A stretch of DNA of 55,565 nucleotides, counting the filler, from Bipalium vagum (lineage: Eukaryota), in the NCBI GenBank assembly GCA_037834085.1. It is 3 parts of 3 records of this genome, joined end to end, with 100 filler letters (N's around TTAATTAATTAA, not from the genome) between each part and the next. Parts side by side here need not be neighbours in the genome. Positions count along the whole stretch, not along the records: positions 1 to 19,100 come from JBBMKC010010391.1; positions 19,201 to 38,561 come from JBBMKC010004509.1; 1 more part is not named here. One strand, 5' to 3'. The notes under the pieces are model-generated. The model made no database searches. It worked only from the letters and a program-made list of their open reading frames with translations, and had not been told where the DNA came from. Both the position numbers and the translations under genes were made by a program. Of this stretch, positions 13,780-26,328 are shown in pieces (the first letter of the stretch is position 1; each line of letters opens with the position of its first letter).

Positions 13780-14000
13780 TTACCATTTAAGTAGCTGTTT
13801 GTTCAGGCCGATCATATAAAACTCTGGTGGACGAGAGTTAATGAATTCTTAAAAAGCCGGTGGCATACATAATTGTCGGAACTGAATTGTTTTTCTACTA
13901 AAAGTTATTATCGTCAGTGGGAGTATGGAGGTTTAGGTCTAGTGAGTATGAAGGGTGATTAAGATGTTCAAATTTTAATTCCTGCAGTTTTTGAAGAATG
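13780..14000 (-). mobile_element. Mariner C-terminal fragment
   Basis: QKLQELKFEHLNHPSYSLDL...PTD is a decayed HPPYSPDL.PSD motif. Confidence 0.7.
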
Positions 14001-15114
14001 AAGAAAAAGTGAAAGTAAAAAAGATTTTGAACACATAAAGAATGAAGGAAGCAACTATAGAGAGTAATAATTAACATTTCATTTGTCACAGAGTAAGTAA
14101 AAATATTTTTTATCTTTTGGCTATGAGAATTTAATTTTTGAAACTTATTTTATCAAAATTAAAAATAGTGTCATTATAGATTTCTTACAGTAAAGCCGCA
14201 ACAAGATTGATTTTGTTTATAAACTTACAAAGGATACCTTATTATACTTGGTGTATTATTGATCAGTTAAATCATTATTGAAATATATGAAATAAAATTT
14301 TCAGTTGTCAAAAATTAATCTATAGAAATACATATGTGAAAAGGTATTGAACAGCCCTTTCTGAGTGAAAAGATGAATACATTTCACATAGAACAGCAAG
14401 CACTGCCAACGACCTTTAAGGTCGATTTGAATTGATGAAACATTTGTGATTGAAATCGTAAAACAGCAAATAAACCTCTGACGGTTACATTGCGAAAAAA
14501 ATGTTATGCAAGATATATTTATAAAGAAATTTGGATTAATTATTTATGAACTCAAATCTCCTCTTTTTATTTAATATTTAGGTCGAGTAATGAATAGAGT
14601 GATGAATTGCTTAATTCTTATCAGTTGTTAATAGTAAACCCTGGAATAATAAGAAATAATTAATAAACAGGTGTCGGCAGAAAGAAAGCTGATGCTTTCA
14701 GACTCATTTTCTGTAACAAGCAAAGGAATGCATCGAAGTCTGAGATTTTTCTTTCATTGAAACGCTGATGTGTTTCGTCATGACTTATTGAAGAAGTGTA
14801 CTCATTTTCATATTAACTGCATTAATAAATATTAAAAATGCATTTGTGAAGTTTTGAGCTTTCTTATTTTATTATTATAAATAATGAAATTATTAATTAT
14901 TATTAATAATTATCATGCGAAGATTTTCTTCAAATATAAATGAATAAAACTGTAATTTTGCTTTCACAAAAATCCATCTACAATTTATTTCAAAGAAAAT
15001 TTCAATTTCAAAATCATTATTATTCTGTATAAAAGTGTAAAACACCTTATGAAATTTTAATTATCTTATAAATTTTATTTCATTTGATACATATAATCAA
15101 TTTAAAGAGAGTCA

Positions 15115-15375
15115 AATTAATATTTTGTTGATCCTCCACGGACAGCAATAACTCGTTTCAGACGAGCTGGTATCACATTGAATCCGCACATGCTTTCCGT
15201 TTATTTCTATATGGACCTTATTTCATTTTGTTGCTGACGGTAGGCTGGCTTTCTTTTCACAACTAATTCCTCTTACTTTACTTAAGCAGATCGTAGAATT
15301 TTGTAACTGATACAAAATGATAACTTAATTTATGATGATAATTTTAAGGTGCCTTAAACTTTTGCGCACCACTGT
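15115..15375 (-). mobile_element. Internally deleted Tc1 element
   Basis: Minus strand IPARLKRVIAVRGGSTKY* (canonical Tc1 C-terminus) lies close to a TIR-like CAGTGGTGCGCAAAAGTTT at 15374. Confidence 0.65.
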
Positions 15376-15411
15376 TCCAAAAAACAATTTTTCTCGACTT
15401 TGAATAATTTA

Positions 15412-16790
15412 CACTGCGGTCCATAAAGATAATTTTAAAGATCAGAAAACAGTTTTTGCAAGTTTTAGAGCATTAGTAACTAACTAGCCAGTACACAAGT
15501 TTAAAATTTAATTTCATGTAGAATAATGTTGGGATACAACTTTTAAGAAAAGGTGAGTGTTTTTTATCTAGGCCGCAGAAATAATCAAATTACTTTAGGT
15601 ATTTATTAAAGGTTACTTAAATGTTTAGATGAAATATAATTGAAATATGTTTAATAATTATTTAATTATACTTCAAAATGAAACTCGTTGAAATTTCAAA
15701 TTATTTGGTTTGAAAATTGTAAATTCAAAAATTTGGCATTTTTTAAATTTTTTAATACTGAAGTAAGATATCTTTAAAATTCACCATAAAGTATCTTTAT
15801 CTTATGGTTAAGAGATAAACAGTAATGAATTCCACACGTGGCTATCAACTATCAAATGAAAACCGTTCAAAGGTATGCGATTTCGCAACCCAGGGTTTTC
15901 CTATAAACAGATAAGTAGGATGATGTTCGAAAAATACCAGTTATTTGTTTCCCATGCAATAACAGGAAATTGCTGTTCAGAAGATTATTTTAAAAGAATG
16001 TACAATTGGGACTGTAAGACGAACAAAAGGTAATGGTAGGCCATTGAAAACGACGCCAGGAAATGGCAGATATCTAAAAATATTGGCTTTGAAAAATCGA
16101 AAAATATCAAGACGTTTCCTAATCTCAGTGTTTGAAAAGATTACAGGTGTCAACATAAGTAAAATGACAATTTCTCTTCGATTGCAGACTTTCGGGCTTA
16201 AGTTCCATCGATGCCACCGCAAACAGATGGTATCCTCTGTTAATATTCACAAAAGATTGACATGGGCTAAGAAATATGAAAATAAAACATTTGAATATTG
16301 GAGATCAGTGATTTGCTCTGACGACTCTAGGTTTTGTTTATTGTCCGATCGACCAGAAATATGAATCAGAGGATCAAATGAAGCCTTCCTACAGAATGTC
16401 TTGCAAAAACATTGAAATTCTATGATGGGATTATGGTTTGGGCCTGCTTCAGCCATAAATGTCTGTGATTGCTGGTAAATGTCACAAATAAAAAGATAAA
16501 GCCGCATGTTACTAGGAGATTTTGAAGAATTGAATGCTTCAATCTATTTCTAGACTGCACCCAAATGATGAATATTTATTTCAAAAAGATAATGCGTCAT
16601 ATCATAAAGCGAGATCGGTGAAAATGTGGCTGGAGCAAAAATCGATACCTGTTATCCCGGATTGGCCACCACAATCTCCCAGTTTAAATTCGGTTGAACA
16701 TATACGGGACTATGTTGATAGAAGAATTCATGGAAAAGGTATTAGCAACAAAAAAATCTATGGAAACTGGTCAGGTCACGTACATGTATT
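15412..16790 (+). mobile_element. Degenerate Tc1-like (DD34E) transposon
   Basis: GNGRPLKTT, RLTWAKKY, WRSVICSDDSRF, IMVWACF, FQKDNASYHKA and DWPPQSPSLNSVEH lie in frameshifted ORFs 16044-16364 and 16534-16824. Confidence 0.88.
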
Positions 16791-17950
16791 GAGGAACCTT
16801 TCAACCGATTCTTGTATTTTCTGAATGCGGTTTTACGTTTTCATGAAGAAGAATGACTTTGGCTTGTTTATCTTGTCTTTTTTTTATGATGTGTTTTACT
16901 CGACGTAATTTATTCATGTTTATTTGATCGTCAAATATACTTTTTTTCCGGATTGTTGCCCAGCGTATAAGATAGGCTCAATTCTACCAAACACAGAATT
17001 TCATTTTCTTGAGATGCTGATCTTGTTTAATTCTGGACGTTTAGTACAAGGAGGAGCAAACCACTTCTTCATGTGCCTCACGATTGTAAACAAATATCAT
17101 TTCTCATCGCGTGTTGTTGGTGTCTAGTAGGATTTTGAGCTGAAAATTTTAAACACTTTCTTTTCTATCCACCAATTTTTTACTATAGCCATTTGATTTT
17201 AGGTGACTTGAGATTGGTTTTAGATTGCTGATCCTTCTTTGAGACCAATTGTTCATGATGGAAATTGGATAGCCAACCGATATGTCAATTGTCTTGAAGG
17301 TTAATTTTGTCATTTTCGAATTTATCGTATCAAAATATATTTTTCTTAAAAATTACAAATTTCTTGAATGGATGTTTCTGACCTTAATTAAAATAGCAAT
17401 AGGTGGATGAAAAGGTGTTTTTGATCAACTTAAGATTGCATTTCAAAACGATCAAATAAACAAAATGAGCGCCCAGAAAACTTTATCGTACTTTTGTAGA
17501 GTAAAAAAAATCTTTGAAATAAATTTATTTGGTATTAAATAAATATGATATCGTAAAATATGATATCCATGAAAAAATAAAAATAAAGAAAAAATATGTT
17601 ACAACCTGTATTTTTAAACAAATAATGAGAAATTATTTATAAAAATATAATAAAATTTATATTTTAAAAATCAGTGTTTCACATTTGGTCAGTTAACTTC
17701 TCTGCTTGATTGAAATTTATTAAAAAAATGTAGAAAATAAGAAAAATATTTTAATGAGTAAATCTCATTAAAAAAAGTAATTTTAATAAGTTTTTATAAT
17801 TATTAGTGTAATTAATCAATACTAAATTTCAGTCTAAATATCACTTTCAAGAATTAATAGTAAAAACTATTTGTTAAGGTTAGACTAATAACAATTGATA
17901 ATTAGCTAAAGAAATTAATGAGGGTGATGAACTTATCATAAAATTTCTAG

Positions 17951-17954
<4 letters not shown>

Positions 17955-18001
<47 letters not shown>
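17955..18001. repeat. (AAT)n microsatellite
   Basis: Direct reading. Confidence 0.9.
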
Positions 18002-19100
18002 CTATATTTTGTATTTAAAGTAATAATAAAAAAATATTATTTCAAAGATATCATACACATTATTATTAAAGTGATTTTCAAAGGAAAATTGCTATACATA
18101 AAAGATATGATGAAAGTCACGATCTCATTTATTCTTAGATATATATCACACTGATGAGATAAGAATTATTTTTTTCTTAAGTAGTAGTATTATTTTGATA
18201 CTTTATCCTTCATTTTGGTCACTGACAACTTAATTATAAAGATAATAGTTAATTTTGACATATTTGAGTGCGACTACATCTTGATGGTATTCCTAAGTAA
18301 AATTCAATGGAATCTAAATGATAATTTTTCAGACGCGATTTTATTTTATCAATGTAAAATACCAACTCTTATTTCACAAAGACTCATTAGAATGTACTGT
18401 CTTCCAAAAGATATGTATTAAATGTAACATAAGTATGAAAATAAGCATAAAATTAACTTATTAAATATAATTTTGGTAAAAATTTGAGGAGGTAAAGAAT
18501 AATTTTCCAAAAATCATAGAAATTTATCTTCTGAGGATTTGTAGGTTTACTTTGATAAAAGGAATTTTGTGCAGAAGTCCGTGAAAGAAATTTTACTGTT
18601 TAAGGTGAATGTATTTTACAAAAAAGTGCTATGAGATGTTTTTGTTTATCTCATATTGGTTGAAAGGTCAACCGATGTTCATAAATTAATACAAAAATAA
18701 CCAAGAGATCAATTTTCCACTTATAAATAATTCTGTGTAGAATGTTCTGTATAATATTCGAATAATGACCTACAAATCAGATCCAATAAGAAATATGCTG
18801 TGTAAATATATGATCCTATAGACATCAGAAGGGGAAATTTAAGTATTATTTATGGTTATAAATTATAACTTATAATGTTATGTACAGTAGAGGCGGAATA
18901 AATCGGGACACCATTATTTTTGTATTATCTTATTACATTTTAAATTACAATCAACACTATTTACAAACAACAAGTAGATAAATGTGTAATACTGTTTTTG
19001 ATAATTTTAATAGGAAGTACGATGTTGAGTCAAAAGTTATTAGCGTTTTTTTAATAAATTGAAATTGTTTTACTGCTTCATTATTACTATATTTTTTGGC

Positions 19101-19200
19101 NNNNNNNNNNNNNNNNNNNNNNNNNNNNNNNNNNNNNNNNNNNNTTAATTAATTAANNNNNNNNNNNNNNNNNNNNNNNNNNNNNNNNNNNNNNNNNNNN
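19101..19200. other. Assembly gap (100 nt) with artificial TTAATTAATTAA linker
   Basis: 44 N + TTAATTAATTAA (19145-19156) + 44 N; an identical construct occurs at 38562-38661. Confidence 0.97.

Positions 19201-19276
<76 letters not shown>
19201..19276. repeat. Compound (AAT)n(AAG)n microsatellite
   Basis: Direct reading; it abuts the gap. Confidence 0.9.
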
Positions 19277-19278
<2 letters not shown>

Positions 19279-21949
19279 TGAAGAAGAAATAATAAATAAT
19301 AATAACAAGTAATTTTGATCTTTGTTTTTTGTCTTTATAAATATCGATTTGAAACTGTAAAACAATGAAAAAGATGGAAAAGAGAATCTTCTCCTTTATT
19401 TGTCGAAGTGTTGTGGAGAGGACATTTGAACAAGAGGGAAAAAGGTTAATTAAATGAAAGGCATTTTCAAATCGAGAAATAGTTAATTGATTAATCGATA
19501 TTTTGTAATGAAAAGAATCAATTGTTAATTTTCAATTAAAATTGGATTAATGACAGGGGCAGAAATTTTTCAAAGATCATTGGAATAACAAAGCAAAGTA
19601 TAGACTTTCAATTCCAGCGAAATTCGCATTAAATGAATAATAAAACTACCCGAATGGTGAAGACTGGTGATTTTTGATTAATTTTTTCAAGAATTAGTAC
19701 AAATCCATATAATTAAAAATAATGAACGATTCCTCCAATGGTGGAGATTACTTTTTTTATATGCATCTAGAAAGACGATTTTGATTTATTAATCAAGCAA
19801 TGTGGAAGAAAATCAATTAATTATTAATTAATTAATGATATTTTTTAATGAAAATATACAATTTGAAAGTATCAAAAATGAAAAATCAATTTAGCAATTT
19901 CTATTTCCATTTTTATTTGTATATTCAGACTGATATTTTTTGTTATAATTAACGTTTTATCCGTAATATTTTCTTCAGTGATAAATTCGGAAGTCATAAC
20001 ATTTTTTTTCCGAAAAACCTTTGGTGTTTTGGAGAAAAATTTTTTTTAATCATTTTCATAATGAATTTTAATTTAATATTTTTAATTTCGTAACTATTCC
20101 ATAAATCTACTTTATATAGGAATCTTATTTTTGAAGATTTGAATCTAATTTTTATGAAAATTAAAAAATAAAATAAATGAAATAGGTACATTGGAATAGG
20201 TCATGGTGCAAGTCAGGGCAAGCAGTGCAGATGTCGCAAAAGAATGAACTGTACAACAACAACAGCGGAAACATTGCAATCATCAAAGGTAGAATTAAAA
20301 TAACAATATTCGAAAATTTCGAAATTCACCTGCAAAGGTCCGTTCTTACAATAGAAAATTGGGGAAAAGATGTCTGTGTAGCTCAGAAATACTGGCAAAA
20401 AATTGTCTTAAATGATTGCCTAAAAAAACTGATGAACGGAAATCTATGCAGCACAGATGAATGATATCAGAAGTATCTTATTGATGATTTACCAAAAAAT
20501 AAACCCGACAACTGTAGAAATTGATATGAGAAAAAAGAAACTGCATCACATGGCCTATGTGGCTGCATCTGCACAGTGCCTATGGTACGAAATGGCACGA
20601 TGAAGTACACAATATCATAGTTAATTTGTTATAGACACTTTAAAAGAAATGGGAAATACACGTCAAAAGAAAAAAAATTTTTTCAGATCAAAACTTAATT
20701 CCTAATATAAAATTGGTCAACATCAAAGTCTCCTTTGAATCAGAGGATCTATTAGAGGTAATGACGAAGCAAACAAACAAAAATATTATATTTCTTTGGG
20801 CGAAGCAGAATCCGAATTCGGAAGAACATGATGCCATGACATCAGAACATTTTTAAATTGGAGCCGGAGGGTCGTGTATCCCTCAAACTACCAAATACTC
20901 GGATCATTAGGATTTAAAATAGCAGAAATTAATACAGTTATGGAAAATTGTGCGGTCATGACAATCATTAGCACTCATACTATCTGAAAAATTCGTAGCC
21001 AGCGCTGAGACAAGCATCTAAAACTTCCCCATGTCAATGACAACCAATTGTCATGCAGGCAAAGGATTATTTTTGATACTTAAATTGATCAGTTGACAAA
21101 ATTGAACAAGAAAATATTGTTTAATAATGGAATAGCGCAAATATCCCTGTTGAGCATTAAAGGAGTTTATTTATTCTTCAGTTTTTTAAAATTTCTTTTG
21201 TTATAAAACAATATAAAATTTTAAAAATTATTTTCCTTGTTTAAATAATTAATTATAATAATAATAATAAATTAACATTTTATTTTAATAATTAATTTTT
21301 TTTAAATATTTTCTCAATAACACATGACACTTGTATGACAGAAAATAATTTTTAATTTCACCCTAATAAATGTATCCTTTTAAAATAAGATGATCCCATC
21401 ATTTTAACATGGTACCATTCTCATATACATTTATTTTTGTCTATTTAATAATCAATTATTTCGGAATCCGATATTTTATGGGACATTTAATAAAAATATT
21501 TAAAATTAATTAATTAAAAAAAGAATCATTAAATCCTTGTTACGAATATTGAATTAGAAGTTATTAAGAATAAAAATCTAATAGACCTGCGAACAAAGGA
21601 ATTTATTAACAATTTTTTAAATAATTGTTTGAATCAATTACGTTAAGCCGGTGAGAAAATCAATATAATTTTATTTTTCATTTGCATCTGTGTAATTAGG
21701 AATATTATTTTTGAATTTAGAAAACAATGTAAAACTGTTTGATTTATATGGGGTATATTTAAGAAATATATAATTAATAATATTAATTCTATTCTGAACA
21801 GAACAAAAATGTTTTCGTAAAGAATTATTATCAATCTTATGAACGAATAAACATGAAACATAAAATGGTTAATTTTTTTGCCATTATATATCCAGAGTAA
21901 GTATATATTTTGCTTTGTCTCTTTATTTTAGGGGTTTTTAAAAATAATT

Positions 21950-22568
21950 AAACGTGTTCTTAATCCTGGCGCATTGTCAGGCTGATAAAGCAGTCACTTT
22001 CTATAGATTATACTTGGATATTTTTTTTTGAAAATTTCATTGACTCTGTCAAGCTGTTTAAAGTAGAGCTCTTGATTTACAGCACTACCATGTGGTTTAG
22101 ACTCAAAATGAATCAACTTTTTCAAAAATCGATATTTTGGACACTTGATGTCGCAGGTTGGTCATGTAACGTCATATTTATTTTTCCCTTGTTTAATAAG
22201 ATAGATCCATTTTTCATCTGTAGTAACAATGTGAAACAAAAAGCGGTCCGCTGTATGATTTTGTAAAAGATTATTACTCATTCGGATCTAATCTAATTCG
22301 CTAATAGTTGTATCCAGGTTTTGATGTCTTTTTATGGTTCAATCATCGTAGATAAATCGCTTATAGAAACATACTGTTAATCAATTATTTCTTTTTATAG
22401 AATCACTTCGTTTATTACAGATGTTTATTTAAACAAAATCTAAAAATATAGTTTGATAGTTTTAAAAATCAATGATATCAATTTGTTAAGAATACCTATT
22501 AAAATATTTATTTTGATAAAAGAAAATTAAACTATTAAAATCATGGAAACCTTTGAAACAACCTAATA
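21950..22568 (-). mobile_element. Mariner relic with one TIR
   Basis: Minus strand shows VTTDEKWI.F.K and a PDNAPG segment (HDNA-like). TIR-like reverse complement TATTAGGTTGTTTCAAAGGTTTCC at 22568. Confidence 0.65.
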
Positions 22569-23499
22569 ATTAAGGTTATATCTTGCTAAAACTTGTTAAA
22601 AGCTTTTCTAAAACAAAAGGAACGCATTATATTGGACTCAATGGAAACGGACGCCAATAAAAGACTGTAATAAAGTGATAAATTTGACAGTAGTTAATTA
22701 TGCTTAATTGAGATATCAAGTCTGAATATAAGTAATTGAAGTAATTAAGTTAATTAAATTTATTTAATAAGTTAATATTGTTCAGAACTGTCCTCGTTAT
22801 TTTAAGACAAATTACATTTATTTAGAGGTTTATAAAAACAGACATATAATTATAATTATATAATTACTGTCTAAATAAATGGTAGAACTCATTAAAACAA
22901 ATACTCTAGGAAGAGATTATTTCAAATCTCTTAATAATGTATTTATTTATATTGATAAAGAAGTTAAAATTATTAATATTAATAATGAGTTCGATTTCAT
23001 CTCATGAGGTGAAGCTGAATTATTTTAAGGCTAAGATATATTAAATGTGTCAGGCCAAAGTGATAATCAAAAATTTATTAAAACTAATTTACAGAAAATA
23101 GATAAGGAAATTGTCGTGAGGCATCGTCGAATATTCAAAAGTAATAAAAAAGAGGTTATTATGTTTAGAGCTATTACCGAATAAATAAGTACTAGAGTTT
23201 AATTTAATCATTTTTAGTTTTTCCTTATTATTATTTTTAATTTTTCTACTTTTTAACATATTTTTTTCAATAACATTCTTTAACTTTCTTATTACTTTTT
23301 AAAAAAATTAATTTATATTTATTTTAGACAATCATATATATTCATTAGTTAGAACTTTATTATCTAAAGCTTTCATTTGAAATAAATAAAGTTTATTGAC
23401 TGATTATTTCATATGTTCACAGATTTCTCTCTTTCTATACTTATTTTTTTATTTTAAATAAAAACACTTCTATAGATTTCTTCATAAATATATTATTAA

Positions 23500-24467
23500 T
23501 ATATAAACAGGATTTCGTTAATCTATTTAGTAATCTCATAAAAGATGACATCTTAAAAATATTAAAATAGTTCCATCATATTTTTTTCTTTTAACCATAT
23601 ATTTTTCTATTCTAATTAATATATCATATCATAATTGCTCTGATTATTATAATATTTACAATATTATTTTATTATTATTATTATTTACAATATTATTTAC
23701 AATATTATTAATTTGACAGTCATGCTTATTAGAAACGAAGACAATATTAATTTCATTTTTCAAAGAAATTACAATTTCCACTTGTGGATATTTTTGCTTG
23801 GCTTACATTAATTATAAAATGTCTTGAATTTATACTTTCATGAGTTAATGATTTTCCATATGTATACCATTTATGGGTTACATTTTGAATGTAAAGTTTT
23901 ATAATCATCAATAACAAAAAGATTTTAAAATTTGGCTTGATCTTATAAGTTTTCTTGAATTCGAGGAAACATCCAAACCTGGGGAATTCTTTTAATTCAA
24001 CTAGTATATTAAAACTACCTCTTTTTGTTCATATTTGATAGTGATATATTTAATAAATCTGAAAATTATGTTAGGAAAAAAATTCTGTCAATTTCTAAAA
24101 AAAAGCAAAAATTAGTATTACTCTTTATTGTATCAACTAAATCAAGATAACAATTTTCATTGTCAGGGATATAGCTGTGAACATTTAATAATAAACTTAT
24201 TCACAAGTATTCTTAAACAATTGTTTAGTAGAATATGTAATACATTTATATATATACATACCTAAGTAGCCACTATCTTAATGATCAAATAAAATCTAAT
24301 TTTCGTATTACCACACTGTGGAGATTGATTCTTAATTCAGACGGCTTATTTAGACTAATCCTTCAGTCAATAAGATTTGTATTCTTTAAATATCAATTTA
24401 AATAACAGCGAGGCTTCTTGGCTGTGATTTCATTTAGATTTAGATTGTCATCTTGTATTGTTAACAT
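23500..24467 (-). pseudogene. Fossil HUH-endonuclease/SF3-helicase (CRESS-DNA Rep-like) gene, candidate endogenous viral element
   Basis: Ordered degenerate motifs: RCYL (24410), INLHSVV (NLH at 24326-24318), CITYSTK (YSTK at 24235-24224), LNISLSNMNKK (~24050-24021), LFVIDDY (23921-23901), IVFVSN (23745-23728), RLLNR (~23536). Many stops and frameshifts. Confidence 0.5.
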
Positions 24468-25527
24468 GGATAAATCATTTTAATAACTGCAATATCAATT
24501 CAATTGGTCTTTAAATCATTGTATTGGGTATAGAAATAAAGTTGAACATAAACTAAAACTGCAAATACTCGACAATAATATGAATTGTTATTATTATTAT
24601 TATTATTATGTATTCTAAGTTTTTTTAAAATTGAAAAAACAAACTATTATTTTTATTAAAATCAAAATGAAAAAAATAAAAAATATAAATTGGTTTGTTA
24701 AGAACATTAAATAAATGTAAATATCATGTTTTACCTTCTAGAAGGTTTTTCTTCACATTGTCTTGATAAAAAGTTTATTTAATAACTATTTAAATTTATT
24801 TATAATATTTTCTTTTCTTTTTAATAATTTTACCTCACTTCCAAGATTTATGGTTAACTCTGAAATAAATATTTTAAATCAATTAATTTTAATTTAGCAT
24901 TATTTCTTATAAAATATTTCAACATCAATATCTATTCCTTGTGTAAGTGTTAAATCTCCTTGCATATTTTTCTTTAAAAACTGCAAGAATCTGAACATTA
25001 ACTTTAATAGATATTCATTAAAATTGTCACGTATTTTTGAATATAATTGTTTTCTTGGTTTAAATCATTTATTATCTTTACACTCGTCTTCTTTTATTTT
25101 ATCAGGTACCACTCCAAATATTTCTCCATTATTTATTTTCACTCTTAATTTAAACACAATTAGACATTGAAATTGATTTCCTAATTTTTATATTTCTTTT
25201 ACTTCTGTTGAGCTTAATTTTAAAAATGCATTGGAAATAAGGAAAGAAATTATTATGTAAAGTCATATTTTCATCTCCTTTTATATTTTCTATTTCAATT
25301 TGAAAAATTAATAACAATATCGTGATAACACCGCGGATAAATCTAATTCATTGATTGTTTGTAGTAAGGAAAACTTAAATTTTTATTTTTATTTAAATTT
25401 GTTGATACTGATGGGTTTAAAACTATTTCTAAACAGCTATTTTCTTTAATTGTTAAATCTTGATGATAAGGACTTTTGTCTAACTCTAATAATATCATTT
25501 TTTAAATACATAAAATTGATTAAATAC

Positions 25528-26328
25528 CGGGTGTTCAAGTTAAAAGTTCATAAATAAAAGATTGTTCAAACTTCCTACAGGTGATGAATTCATGAAAATT
25601 TTACATTTTCATAAAGATAAAAAATGCGTATTTATGTTTTTAAACTAAGTTGAATTACAAGATATGTTGTATTTTACCAAAATAGTTACAAATATGATAT
25701 GTACATAAATCATATTTTTATTCGAAGTGCCTTATGTTTGTCTGAGAGAGATTGTCAAATTGTGACTTTATAGGGAAATAATTTCAACTCACTCTGAGAT
25801 ACGTGTGAACTAATCCAATAGAGGAACCTGAAGCAGAACTCAGTTTCGTTATGCTCTTAGATGCTCCCTCTGCTTTCATCCGGTGTAAAACAGTATCAAT
25901 ATCCTTTCGTATCTACTCTGAAGCTCTAGGAGATTGCACATTGTGATCTTTATTAATGCAACCAGTTTGCTGGAATTTAAAAATAATTTTTCTCATTTGC
26001 TGTACTGAAGGCGTGTCACTCTTTCGTTTTATTTTTTTTTCGGTTGAAAATTTTCTCTGAGTTTCAGCGAAACTCTCAGTTTTAAAAAATAGCTCTACCA
26101 GCCTAATTTTATCCGATTTTGATAATATGTAAGGCATATCTAAAAATAAAATATAATTTTAAACAAGTACATTTATTAATTGTCATTATTTATGCATTTA
26201 AACAACATAAGTTTTTATATAAAGCAGGATTTACTAAATCCGCAATAAAGCTTCACTACTCCTGAAATTTATTATAAATAGTACCAAATCAAGGTAAAGA
26301 TTTATGAAATGACTTTGAACCCGTTCTT
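25528..26328 (-). mobile_element. Internally deleted Tc1/mariner-superfamily element with DUF4817-type HTH
   Basis: ORF 26137-25913 (LVELFFKTESFAETQRKF...PSVQQMRKIIFKFQQTGCI) and a C-terminal remnant IRHFE*. Decayed TIRs CCGGGTGTTCAAG...TTCATAAAT at 25528 and ~26300-26325. Confidence 0.7.

Noticed and set aside
18151-18170. CTGATGA hammerhead-like cores (also ~41055 and minus strand ~54738)
   Set aside because: No stem II plus GAAA and no closing helices. The 41055 copy is mariner coding sequence.
19145-19156. Palindromic TTAATTAATTAA island inside N-runs (also 38606-38617)
   Set aside because: Identical all-frame-stop linker centred in 100-nt gaps. It is a scaffolding artefact, and adjacency across these gaps is uncertain.
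24113-24121. TAGTATTAC, the canonical CRESS origin nonamer
   Set aside because: It lies inside the Rep-like frame, has no flanking stem and is likely by chance in DNA this AT-rich. Not used as evidence.
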